Source: Promethearchaeota archaeon (lineage in GTDB: Archaea > Asgardarchaeota > Lokiarchaeia > Sigyniarchaeales > SOKP01). From it: a stretch of 64,000 bases of DNA. Below, piece after piece: positions 61,201 through 64,000 of this stretch (the first letter of the stretch is position 1; the number at the start of each line of letters is the position of its first letter). A model generated the notes under the pieces. That model had not been told where the DNA came from. It did not search any database and saw only the letters and a program-made list of their open reading frames with translations. Position numbers and translations under genes: made by a program. The DNA is taken from contig JAUVNS010000002.1 in the NCBI GenBank assembly GCA_030599585.1, forward strand, positions 320,001 through 384,000, written 5' to 3'.

Positions 61201-64000
61201 TATATTCGAGGTCATCGTATCCAGAAATGTCCCAATCTGCGGATCCTACGTACCCAGGACCCCATTCCCAACCCCCGGTTGTTGTAGTTGCTATCGAGGT
61301 AATCCTCGATGGGTTAATGTATTCGTCTATTCCCGTAGTAGCGGCGTCGTAAAAACTATTATTGTTTTCGTATAACCTTGTGAAAGGATTAGGGGCGTAG
61401 ATATTGGTACCATCTATTCCAGTTACCGCGGTAAATTCTGGTATCTTGGAAACGCCGTTTGCAATAAAACCAGTTTCGTTAAATAAATAATCGCCTAAGT
61501 TGTCGGAACTATCGATAGAATAAGTAGGGTTAAAATTGTAAGTAATTATGTTATTTTGCTGCATATCGTCGTTAAAACTGTAAATAACATCAATGTCGGC
61601 GGAAATATGGGCGAACGAATTTTCAGGAGTAATTACGCTATCTTGAAGGTCTAAATCGAGAGTTGCAACGTGAGTTTCTTTCTCCTTGTAGCTTAGAAGC
61701 AAAGATTTGTATTTTTCGAAATCTTGTTGGTCAACAATCCTTTTGTAATATTGCGATTCGAGATATTTAACGATTATTCCATCCGTCTCTGAAGCAAAAC
61801 GCGATTCAATTCTTGGTTTCGTTGTTGGTTCGGTATCGATAATGTTAAGTAGATCGGTTGGATTGTCGTTGATAAACCCACTCCATTTTTGTAGAGCACT
61901 ATCGTAATAAATCGAAACTACGTTGTCGAAACCAGTTGGCGCAAGGTCGCCGCTTGCTATAGTAAGAGACACGTCGTCGTTTACCGCCACAGTAACTTCT
62001 CCCGACCCCGGACCCACTTTCTCGAAAGTGAAAGCAGCTCGATACAGGTCGTGTTCGACGTTCCATTTCTTTAAAGTGATTAAGCACAATTTATCTATGT
62101 GAACGGTAAAAGCACTGGCAGTTTCAATGTTAATTCTAAACAAGAAAGGATTAATTCCACTTGTATAGTTGAATTCGTACAATTGACTTTCTGGAATAGT
62201 AAAAACAATATCGCCGTCTTTAATGGCGTGAGTAATAGTTTCGTATTGTTTCGTGTTCCAATTTTTTAATCTAAACACTGCTCCTTCCAACGAAGCGCCG
62301 GTAGCGAAACCCGTTAAGCGAATTTCTACATCAGTTACTTCTTCCATATCGGTTTCGTCAAGTTCGAATTCGAAATTAATAGTGTAAGCGTTATTAATAT
62401 CAGAACTAACGTTGTAAAATTGACCGTCTTTAGCGTGAGCGTAACTAGCGGATGATGGAGGAATAACCTTACTACCGTCTATTATATAGGGTTTATTTAT
62501 TCCCTCAGTAAATTCGTGTTCGGACACTTTTGTGTCGATAATGCTCGCCCCTTCCATTACAGTAATAAAATTTGCCATAAAATATTGGCCGTCAGTTAAG
62601 TTTCCTGAAAACTCTAACTGATCGAATTGTAAAGTCTCTGACGGTTCTAAAGTTAAAATTTGAGTGCTAAAATCGGTATTTCCTTGAGGAACCACGTTAA
62701 ACGAGTGTTGAGCTTGTCCGTCGCTGTATAGCGTTAAGTTAATCTCGTTTCCCGTTTTTGCTTTAAATTCGATTATTATTTGATCGTTAGGGGTAACCGT
62801 TATATTGTTGGCGTAAGAATTACTTTTCAAGCTAAGGCTTTCGGGATCGATGTTATCCGTTTGCATGTATAACATTCCACCCTCTTGGTATTTCTTAGTT
62901 GCTTGATATTTAACAAATGAATCGTAAAAATTAACATATCCGCTTGGAGACACTAAGTCAAAATATTGACCTAGAGAGTCTAGATTTCCCAACTCAAAAA
63001 GTATTTGGGTGGGACCAGAAATAGTGCCAATTGGTTTTAGAGAAACGAATTCGATAGGTGAAGGTCTATTGCTGTTCCAAGTGATCGTCTCTTCGTCAAA
63101 ACTTCCGGTTGTATAGACTTGCACGTTTGGACTAAGGTAGGCGTTTTCTGAGGTTACTTCGTAATAGCTCTTGTCGTCTGGTCCTAAACCTAGGTATTCG
63201 AAAGGTTCAATTTCAATATAAGTCTCGTATTGTTCAGGCACGTTAAAACCTTCTATCCAATCTACTTTAAGGTTGTGGCTAACAAAACTAGCAGTTAACA
63301 CTTTAATTTCGATAGTGTCCGATCTTTCTACGCGTACTGATCCCGATAGAGAATTTTCGCTACCAGAAGCTATTATAACGCCGTTATATTCTATAGCTAA
63401 ATATTCTATGTCTTCGTCGGTAGATATATCGAAATAAATATCAACAAGATTGCCGTAAGGGAAGATTGGGGTGCTCCCTAACCTCTGATAACTAACTTCA
63501 ACTTCGTCTAGCGGTCCATTAGGTATAGAATGGGTGATGTGATATTGACCGTTGTCTGTCTTCGTATCCCAGACATCGCCTCCATTTGCATAACCCTTAT
63601 TTATAACACAAGACATGGCACACGTTCCGTAAGAATCTAACCAATTATAAACCGAAAGGTCGTCCCCGTTAAAATTTGTGTTCGGATAAAGCGAGCGAAC
63701 TACTGTTTCTTGGATTGGGTTTTTAGAGATATAAATAGTATCTTGAGCAGTTCCGAACAAGTCCCAAGGAGTGGTTTGGAAGTTATCTCTAAACTTGATG
63801 GTTTTAGGTGATTCTATAAGGTTAAACCCGCTATAACCGTAAAGTTCAACTCCGTCTTGAGTAAAATCGATTTTATCGCTAATGTGCTCCCCTCCTATGG
63901 CGTTTGATTCGAAATCGTCGTAATTTAAATAATCAGTACTCGTTAATGCAAAAGTGTTGAAGTTTGAAACGCATAAAAATGGTTTTGTACCTGAGTCTTG
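37277..64000 (-). CDS. Giant (>8,900 aa) acidic surface/secreted multidomain protein with late hydrophobic segments and a C-terminal HNH-like region; 5'-truncated by the window
   Basis: 8,827-aa ORF in the track; 80 further sense codons from 63761 to 64000 have no stop, so the real start lies outside the window. D/E/Y/N/S/T-rich with many N-x-S/T sequons. Confidence 0.93.
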   Translation of the reverse strand, partial: QDSGTKPFLCVSNFNTFALTSTDYLNYDDFESNAIGGEHISDKIDFTQDGVELYGYSGFNLIESPKTIKFRDNFQTTPWDLFGTAQDTIYISKNPIQETVVRSLYPNTNFNGDDLSVYNWLDSYGTCAMSCVINKGYANGGDVWDTKTDNGQYHITHSIPNGPLDEVEVSYQRLGSTPIFPYGNLVDIYFDISTDEDIEYLAIEYNGVIIASGSENSLSGSVRVERSDTIEIKVLTASFVSHNLKVDWIEGFNVPEQYETYIEIEPFEYLGLGPDDKSYYEVTSENAYLSPNVQVYTTGSFDEETITWNSNRPSPIEFVSLKPIGTISGPTQILFELGNLDSLGQYFDLVSPSGYVNFYDSFVKYQATKKYQEGGMLYMQTDNIDPESLSLKSNSYANNITVTPNDQIIIEFKAKTGNEINLTLYSDGQAQHSFNVVPQGNTDFSTQILTLEPSETLQFDQLEFSGNLTDGQYFMANFITVMEGASIIDTKVSEHEFTEGINKPYIIDGSKVIPPSSASYAHAKDGQFYNVSSDINNAYTINFEFELDETDMEEVTDVEIRLTGFATGASLEGAVFRLKNWNTKQYETITHAIKDGDIVFTIPESQLYEFNYTSGINPFLFRINIETASAFTVHIDKLCLITLKKWNVEHDLYRAAFTFEKVGPGSGEVTVAVNDDVSLTIASGDLAPTGFDNVVSIYYDSALQKWSGFINDNPTDLLNIIDTEPTTKPRIESRFASETDGIIVKYLESQYYKRIVDQQDFEKYKSLLLSYKEKETHVATLDLDLQDSVITPENSFAHISADIDVIYSFNDDMQQNNIITYNFNPTYSIDSSDNLGDYLFNETGFIANGVSKIPEFTAVTGIDGTNIYAPNPFTRLYENNNSFYDAATTGIDEYINPSRITSIATTTTGGWEWGPGYVGSADWDISGYDDLEYRWMEAVGFETVTIYDEYEFTDLPSWASEADTKKLHINPWWWGDDAAYCKLFFWNPSIGSSGDYESQETFDFEYEGTYYPMVFDIANQHISNGEVKFMIVVYGEYYGMIPTPVSSLGIDYCFLELQEQDLLQSEVSFNFGSLLDGTNDFYLDFSGKTGVSTWTSHLLVDDPVENILDFAFDNSEDTLTGKFISNVQDITVYITNQDEEFAPGRRVDLDWLRLKRVDQGIDISVDNKDSASITSSHSRTHTTSSPVDSGMYDDPYFGKNSLKFTIKNSLTTPKFGRSDGSAYLDSSLSDMNLEFTVYPDNSYGNFPLAYGNVEGNDESLYHANLLSNYANYSTNRFKNSAMDDIQIPLMTPIELDFGSVDLEDLQDMDLEIALGLTYNRNNAASDFVWSLRFRLMYYNYSSGVWEDFKGLLRAKNNIGLERSVWDPSYNFVDYLQNPNSMNFIPVMDENNLIIKNPILIDSVTNNTISEGVMKLALVSYVIPSNFSIEEELAQTFFNYERADPQIPIEISQQVEVLECLFIGETVEIMYPDSAVKTTLGLDQNFRADLSLINNLGDITALKGKYIDRDNVIYEYSVFSYWITSDDKLAFNSPMKYLFTSVEIEYIPEIQLVLNNGKYYLPNSSLAGGYNFSKPFLVTNLKDNNKTWGTYIHPDVDVGFYLDIDQYGMFVVNSSNFDGIPRGSVRFAKRNDTYFYQFSLADELIYKYNILDDASDLVGGTLQIELNAGFSDVVYSELSQVTCSDYNLVVELHQLDTATDISKKIGTAIISLDQDLLYYHYYQTDIDLENFDYETNGRNTLAETIARGSNYDLYVTINSTISNCFVDGNLFKGLYAHELLSADLKIDARDAELKFNNEEVDTPFVEIPQNSVILRKIDDINYAFDQNSLKYGFEFTINELRTETAIIYENSYDFSFESLALVLEGSYSDYSGLLFADITYKAFEWDKDYISTLEPITLTFTNDYTENITKFLELIVQFDSIPGYDMEKISETSGRLVLSEEEKDASLLNVYMFNFIEDKWDQVDFVTYDDYSGTNTFSYVVDRNFITFENYFNDTISGQFEAKIIFTIEEEVGDCFVSKLGFDITEINASIYYSTPNTEHKINPEVTFDVDLSEYFADPSVYLEEITLDLNFEGEIEFDDAFIFSQYALLEENYNFYARNEYLEWELIELEDNSVTLSRAEIDRLLYFDLENDKYFVRAKVEFDWNCIIEMNLGSNSKLEILAVLNLINYDLSASYTSYEVKRISASEPEVPFELTAIYAPNYVNSSSGLTVLDDDEILDIGIFRGFLRNADTRQRLMLRQNLYYNFTDSQAGNFDILLDQEYTDAILRFVSPLGWMTYPYDFSDGSYYGQNTTAPDQPQDFAFDQEDLKEFDGNYSTVQSSISNYNYYNEDTAPQSGDFNPSVNYGDLLNLGSGYTSISSSITSTTYPAYFNTPDINSFSFTKGGWGTYNEYGLRYDHTVDSEHTTISAGYQATYDGNNYDAPSSGEFDVIQGQLSYGDLLSPDDTNSTISAKNNTVAQGGYKEAPAQWGDFAFSPYGTGITPGDLLVDGGTTVVVSADSYTSYGTETYLGYIKPDGELYGNWNEGDDSADHNLYLDEYPDNNGDGGNIRESATNARDRWSFGDITLPANSIASRLIVYIYCMRETSNEPRTVIKMTSNVGVSGYYGGGNGVYTWESDSTTGLTLSQTSLNNLYIDVIPYYLMPTGDEVWLDIETVYVAVYYKTQTVNYLHDWKVTWDISDVDLDSIDSLIFDYQTSSAILNTLRINSDSGWTTVATNTTTAWVSGSWTLSDTYINANGEVELWFQTSTFTSDFNINIDKLYLSYSNLVPNYDVEVEVTWQVEDLDLYTIDKLYFVHSSPPGDSFYIWKWLDPVWDWEEITTASPFTITPDYIDGDEVKVRYVASSSTDFTLDIDQLCLRYTKTIHNYWVDSIVEWETADAFSMETLYFDHSAPVAVTFEVWDWYESVPRFESKTGSSLDLISSPEYVSVTDGVKVRYITGIQDTPFDLQIDQLRVDYEEQHDWYSVSLEAIWDITSALEITDYDYLTYAHKTTEDILCTLEIWDFNLNDWDPTPVNVSTNSVGFFLQQFDLSNPDYRETGTNNVKVRYTTAELEQTPFDLEIDVLKAEYSTREPLYSVDTEIVWDITDETFYTIQNLLYSHMTTLAVDVDLDIYNFTQPGWHEIESVTNNVGFNAESYPLSDDFINETNHVRIRFQTPEITSEFQLLIDQLTLDYQCEIFEFYVGMNQDFVFVGDNEVTNVSMYYYLEGGSNQYIAEMVQDMFDPTMFEYTWENIKATTGACNGEVIYIVFKPTDILDNTGEVTYELLADFVYPQLNLSVGDGIQNYEIVTADPYTLITLTSDEMFPVVNEYRVIDLTRGIEGPWTQFNSTLITELADFGELPSNFSVEFKVVDPAGNENITSYYNGGYRFILYSKERSVALSDDNIDLNSATLSERTLSFNANFGGASLVDVYINGFLYGTQAVHLGSNNYEFDFGTTNSKDTLLAYSDSLMTDYIYSNLNPLNHISWEVREDDMFGVVKHVLVDSDIVIINPLTLNRTRQLDITLLYERGFGLVDFARMKSAHFVNSTSEEIISLSYGYDFIVDREGIMFFPESSILHDLYADPSEVKNNLIHFEYDASLVGDSLSLIDADGFFINFTMPAVYYDHTTIEKLTINFNDFMGNSFSKVFFDLDLRKYFLDSVKAQYETDVFGLGKMMNIPLYIDINELAFSNLNEKFGLSLLESITFEIKDSPRWPGSFVQEFEEFSVLNLPYQRVGITDLKLYNAISDSILSDDEGFVNSTVRFVAPDYYDCFADTEFMIKRLNIEFTDVKMFANNVYFENESNIEVEFSDDIALHYRWNNSLSQIPLNDIYKLPVSLTNHSSGNLLNFANAYWITKYDRDAESGYLTKFYSSKFSLPNILGEFDFSFGSLGTPLFNITFVEAPMLTINITQETLSNTNPIYLENEQFELEYGDQLVLRGAILDNDEYLVEDEVYSYKYQEALDGETVHRLKVISPFGDSDFIDKDNFSIYYLNDQLEVRCLYTNLNGNYFFNDSILVYGKDPVISYVDNAFILNIYWEEDSTSFIRYDTTLLVSYKVITGKPFSPTSFSSVDAYDNDKQQNLVEVPFARYDMVTESWITEDSFTQNFPINKLLLIEDVTSTGATLYGPTYYEDQEIQTDVIALNSIYVNKSYSDRFVEVDPSEYDPWIINSEGNLVVSGLNYTTSGDVFKVAYIATYPVEITHPLNRPTSSVESIRVINATGDEYVFVEGVDYRLSLDGFKIYFYDLYNTILKDGYFTIYDLFEIKYTAPLTKRVNLAHNLLLLLQDSEGNNVPIDSIPIDNLGFFEYEERLDLNSPLSIPLGGGRRLVHMEIAYLPLNIYNKSSDLLEDVIYDDVDVSKIYNCKESNRWAKPITVITIPDQVKLSMNEDPSQNMFTSQKFYEEREYFYNLNPVEALEKGEEYTRVSIDTFVNENYTYSFKLTNEENKPVKDRVVWLQIGLMSKSKSQFLNDRVRLDDTDLPVYFESLGTEEITSIGPGTGANKMFGKPVAYELDSYNTELNAYGPYVWAYDVTDEFGDVSFEVSFDYDYLKDFTDIFGSIEGINSVEDIVLYVRAFSSNFNWTEFAIDTPELYVCSKDGLIFDGSNIEEDYDFTNLAIQDSTYLEGLIYLHKRPIALGVNDYYSYNLPDTDLTSSYDPITMYLYATEANPIPNALAPSRDLMTKDYTSSELEPTDISIFNDTYAYYAYINFYTPNGTLADSLFMEVEEGFNGAGYITIDNETVVQLLSKLGPGISTIAIYIIESEYYAASPIVSIPLEIRPTNWISFGQKNTIISLVDPFVSAWGSAYNNEVEMPFESNYPHLIGSVWIEPFYNATGAELSVQDYIDISLDCTIYNEDGTTSTFPLVDSIMLRPGNNDGVMTFKESLGPEGHFLMGLQCDLNLSFNIDFNKDVIHEEQRDVIINLLDLRLEANPSTNAPNTTWSIFDNQFSSSKITVKTIENTINTDTGIVYLGGIMGGESFGQEIAFLFYNETLEYGIDEDSELLDLVALTDVAAKKIFGIKDGSEFEFEYGVDWTTPYYPTSVLYNASVIEFVGTNRPDEGTEFSVIYTLKLDYGSNNYGQISLGYTNNYNESSIELQLPSEFLPESDNSRSPLFTKFSDSYVGTGSQQTFTLNYGLDGVIAWDGNFVIYNSQELLAEFGTYSEGVSANHPTITFTTAPLDQEIINVSYGVKSQYALSYGFQKVEETYSDSVRLMHNQESSPVILDNLDNQLDAYLLDESSLYISLDDSEEETTIKLHNVPLLFAPEINLTMKFDEILLDVIDEFNTDFNNLTIEFTYITNDGYYEFYSDPIVIPLDYSEILLDVVDGVYTISYSKDLQAIYDAVGSDSVDIEISFKQAGSSDNYIPYLILEQFDYLSDEHIVEMYDRAPLDKYGETDMSALINTPHYYQAFTTHLLEEPFSLIEGSQITVALKDLPNATLVSLGKGTGNDYSFTYLGDSITLDVSAENYYRIPNLGMFVDAYDIEEPLYQDGYLDLYYGSGTQIDGEEYYNVDIAMDYAGSAVNNYYSEISGTTPKVPTSWKNTFDFTSQFLTTQEIYVSGEVFYHQVFDLDTDVNNSVTMNTMFSDYDEYIYFGLQLPEDIDISEIKTVGMPYSYALSAQGFPIGSYKNDYCDIKTDSSGAYAPSPTQLRLKVGEDFALEYNENYTAYILFFKPAGDFETFTDAENKIMVDYWVDTEFTLGYDYVIHENPDNPYNSQIEWDFGFTDLDTYRLHPDFSIDTTFTMEYYGLEWEIFNQDYIEDGQDSFTFRPYEYYNISVLYTGDDTTDTIRTQYIVPNDQYAEDYIVFKEINALMQMGTDEETMTVVTIYNTLPGSYLSQEAPNSFNYTIDFTEIDTYIQTYYSGYSLVENSFIYVLAKYNSSSLRYQMSHTPFNYEYLGVDNDAYELALFVDDQFVAYSNESLFNDYVLKIENNYAYFQNKSEQESGYIEPNTNVELKYKYKLQPGLIDRKHFIMVTYPWTNLFETTLDSLNTYREKYRKLSGGSIITPFEYSLSIDNIYNLYLSYRLNSRDYYEERFEISSEFFDSSVSGYVYDMMSPELDNYVDIIEAEGEEAISVFYFNARGKMIFLDSIHYSVDVDSRKITIKNDENSLVSSIRANKEFFVSFISNNIDKELNSYQFSYDPTEGITSTLNVTSWNIINAQNFSVIPNLDAPYFMNENKSTLQNIVCQASQVAAYLKEGDQLEFNVSQELQNYDQDMLTGLHNGDYLVLYLDTNIKNIESLEYVTIELFDNSGLMTQLTKVITAEELIMVDYTLKVDLPTSTNTLETIRFTPEFRSDEKYSQDNLKGIIRIQTVEWDSELVSFMEDEIEYMHIALESDLMVNGTHLAYVFNDMLELLSFSNNITYTFENDIYTLHVPTIYFNNNTSERGSFKDDQVIVLKYSSPVKRGIAVGIGKAYFESKGYNYDSHPDLPKAELLLINANSTGSYSEFTADYYYQVPLEITPFDTEFNGRVKAVKIELNLTSLFSSEGVDELDFSNIVISVPNPTYELTISEIVLLEQSYEASDAFGSVDSRVWQYSEHEMFTSDSDPEDDSYQLVLDKLPMFYLDSTWLDYLTIYDKEGNYYSAGITGNDHQLHFEPSNNTFTWNPSFNQYPEYFGMEFEEPLIIEANSTLFFEYATNTSWTESIRIDEQNIDLDSIRAVYDCNYLLKPEHYDWLSEFSTSHSYENIAYSFKEESEYRVVQYYYETFSVYTEISEYTHTFDLGNLTFENDFVNLSLYQVIGLTPTFDTEMLTNNVNFSLNFDETTNNLTIIDLNSDDGLLDVFDQITAIVNYSYAPISTYTEIFLLDNFNQTYLSDQTETFYSSVDIDYNFRSESGVPLFAEGSDTITSESTSFESISFSRNPDISSESQFIGYTSEKFDNFEVYYDDTSIIYVADIDMDGESDYKQTIDIDGDGVPDIIKYGIDDPEGSGEIYWYTVIQDFENREIKASKNLEEKLRTDWFDVDDQTFANYDPNMAKLLLSVLIIPLMLYTLSKMMLPDVDYWAQKSTQRQINKEEHVKSNFYSVQVDEDRDGTVDESTNFETTEVSIYYEVTEFKETILAAKLQNVLIFLGEYIMKSAASLFGSKDDFVFNEFLTKEHLDSNDFSTANLGAIMNAPTLSTTYRKFTENVTTSYVDTVEYSTLTFIDYNEGEVEEQRVYKDDFKNNEVESVEGFFEDVSNQHSVTNIDTNAQSQIIFDPELPYASPANITWTGPTWSSDNVPIKYDSLQVFDEDGEISYSTNYFEKTIILRIPNRYSLYNDFGKISKSSVENDGWVEFEVTGAMVTPADGQVYYTSDKDAFLDGSAKTSGSYFFIDSDLNGYYETVYIVGNLYTVSRLVIPKYDVISIGMNYDGIHDFAPYEKLDQVENTITDFSNLGRKTEMFGSDWIYNFDNLKNNDLLFDILNEDDKFWKEYKPKDQIFEIYKTSETSQKNPKFTELFYEIRHKSYARAWETYREQLVGDIIEQVFMTTTAAIASAVVAAIVASMVTAAGIAATLGVGTLAAIAAGEAAGRAAGTLTYLVIYTLMTKFNIDRKLHMAQSIERADTFYPSSSGPQEPVSLNEKNLFDRVLQDTMAAALLAHPGGYYATVSGKDSGTTYTGQLLVSPPNPLRIWNSFGGFLDLLWENIWDMGGSNPDSYTALDYDDINLDYLLMTSELPYYNTKPFYTYHNTEFLFNDYNLHSFNTLGALETIVMEKSGGSFDAIKPNCIDGAPSYEFINSTIQETILPLSILYRPVVLSQARFDQIQPALGKLTVTVRCKDYDKTSGINAYAMDDVESALYGAKVPLNDNGFEYNITSVFIDVVQEEVHLNDYFAQDILVNDSDYTVDGGNLYFTKSIEALVSEKYSGFEDFLAQSWASKLVDETIFYKIRIEFERFIPDTTDETSRLALAQATSYTIMDYFSQYTFAEISANMISEISYTETLTFWSTLISAPLAYFGSWAAQAAVGKLASEAGAKGVAMLIAKQSKSLLGGLTGAVKGAIQEVFEEIIQDGFREALIENVVSILGGSDDLGFWLSSLSTSAREVKGAMGQLVLGAPISSKSVITLIQGLVSGQSMTEIQQQINSDFEQKQKAMQEAAENKGSLGKLLESNFLKGLFMTLPAVFFGTFSFAALSGLKKMVGSSIKASPLSMANLKSWRHNRRKKNLISIVGDIDTINFGQETKQPSEVDPQALHELFKAPQEGSNKENIPSVTALRQINPDSRTQKENLANKFNTLAFDPYFNEWIEKYLLKEERFRGYKELFRQIQKNYNKIGVQKAEKETIQIIKDALAKEGVTNLRFLDMFGLEFYDPNFVLIHKKSQASRSLVQNAFRADMSTLDKLNEILTYFGVSGNYKMYIISDDFQLISIPVDRVTNLADWLEENHHNIDSKIYVAEVAVTIDYFHSYENWEDHPTNILLNDIKNILSITEERPLAIALNQRRDAFRTTRLSLENGVNILWTDNQLYKWIFSVDQDPQFTEETKKAFKELLMNYRRQIGLQNQNPDVDKLLGDLRLAIQHDPANRDGHGPSINRLNEFFGLFSRSQVLGRVVKTEHLLRMIYGLYRKSSAEFMLENLGESRISDSIESKLVARSVQEALLAINRYCASNSFLVNEEVKPLQKVMLLASWHLSDIYHGSIYLDVSEINNRIGLGTVASTTSSYLSGQVKNINNMGVVNNLEDFVSDLSKSIRKGQAILMQKTFRDFYADNQRNYPGVHDIYLRYEPKLLDSTKVDYHDDFYKVATIAKHWVELLLYQGGLLPAGRRGEGIQNYDVENNKFRHHIDFDKTVNDVMDLIMMGDLHYKFTSLEPRKNLDYYSRMRMMRNDFQAARPPSYWEQSAQDLYIERLIEFVNEWENNDRIAYSYKGPNRYVFENGKWVVDTSKVDFLKMNHGGETYTIQQMIDKKWITEDWVTSIIKDIRQKLESRGLM
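54470..57130 (-). repeat. Protein-level repeat block: five short N-segments, one intact domain, then five ~95-105-aa C-segments
   Basis: N-segments xAP..(G)DF...GDL...D...T.IS; C-segments Y.V.....W.I.....L...H.......IW.W....W...V.VRY......F.L.ID.L...Y. Confidence 0.8.

Noticed and set aside
37826-62087. Short ORFs antisense to or overlapping the giant gene, and similar shadow ORFs over genes in 1.5-37 kb
   Set aside because: No motifs; they are expected by-products of the real gene's codon bias.
63758-63760. TTG start of the giant ORF given in the track
   Set aside because: The frame stays open for 80 more codons to the window end and no signal peptide follows this TTG.
36134-64000. Provirus or integrative element at tRNA-His
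   Set aside because: No integrase, capsid or replication gene and no duplicated tRNA end seen. The giant gene lies on the tRNA 5' side, not the usual 3' integration side. This cannot be excluded beyond the window.
37277-64000. Rhs/YD, RTX nonapeptide, FHA repeats or Hint/intein autoprocessing domain in the giant protein
   Set aside because: No YD repeats, PxxxxDPxG, GGxGxD arrays or C...HN intein ends recognised.
1-64000. CRISPR array, rRNA, IS transposase, reverse transcriptase/DGR
   Set aside because: No regularly spaced nucleotide repeats, rRNA-like segments or relevant protein motifs seen.

Overview
AT-rich archaeal DNA. Gene content and style (many TTG/GTG starts, tungsten AOR, a CxxC...CxxH hypothetical, a 23-aa LRR protein, an intron-containing tRNA) point to an Asgard/Lokiarchaeia-like genome; this assignment is inference. 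The left 36 kb is dense metabolic and transport DNA: RidA plus a PLP enzyme, AOR, a split UxaA/SuyAB-like dehydratase, a LutAB-like pair, a four-subunit 2-oxoacid:ferredoxin oxidoreductase operon ending in an FrhB-PyrK fusion, a QueG-like protein, two EamA transporters around a UroD/MtaA-family gene, two tandem modules of ABC ATPase plus permease-CPBP protease fusion, an M28 peptidase, LsrF, a Zn-dependent dehydrogenase whose 3' end is serially duplicated, regulators and PhnN. A tRNA-His(GUG) with a 28-nt D-loop intron sits at 36.1-36.2 kb. The right 27 kb is one compositionally distinct giant ORF (>8,900 aa, open to the window edge). It is an acidic, sequon-rich beta-protein with apparently nested ('Russian-doll') domains, DxDxDG Ca-binding motifs, Ala/Gly-rich hydrophobic helices and a distinct C-terminal region with an HNH-like motif, followed directly by an LRR gene. 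This pair is the best candidate for an undescribed system: an archaeal giant polymorphic-toxin/immunity locus, or a receptor-effector. All calls come from reading motifs by eye; no database searches were run.
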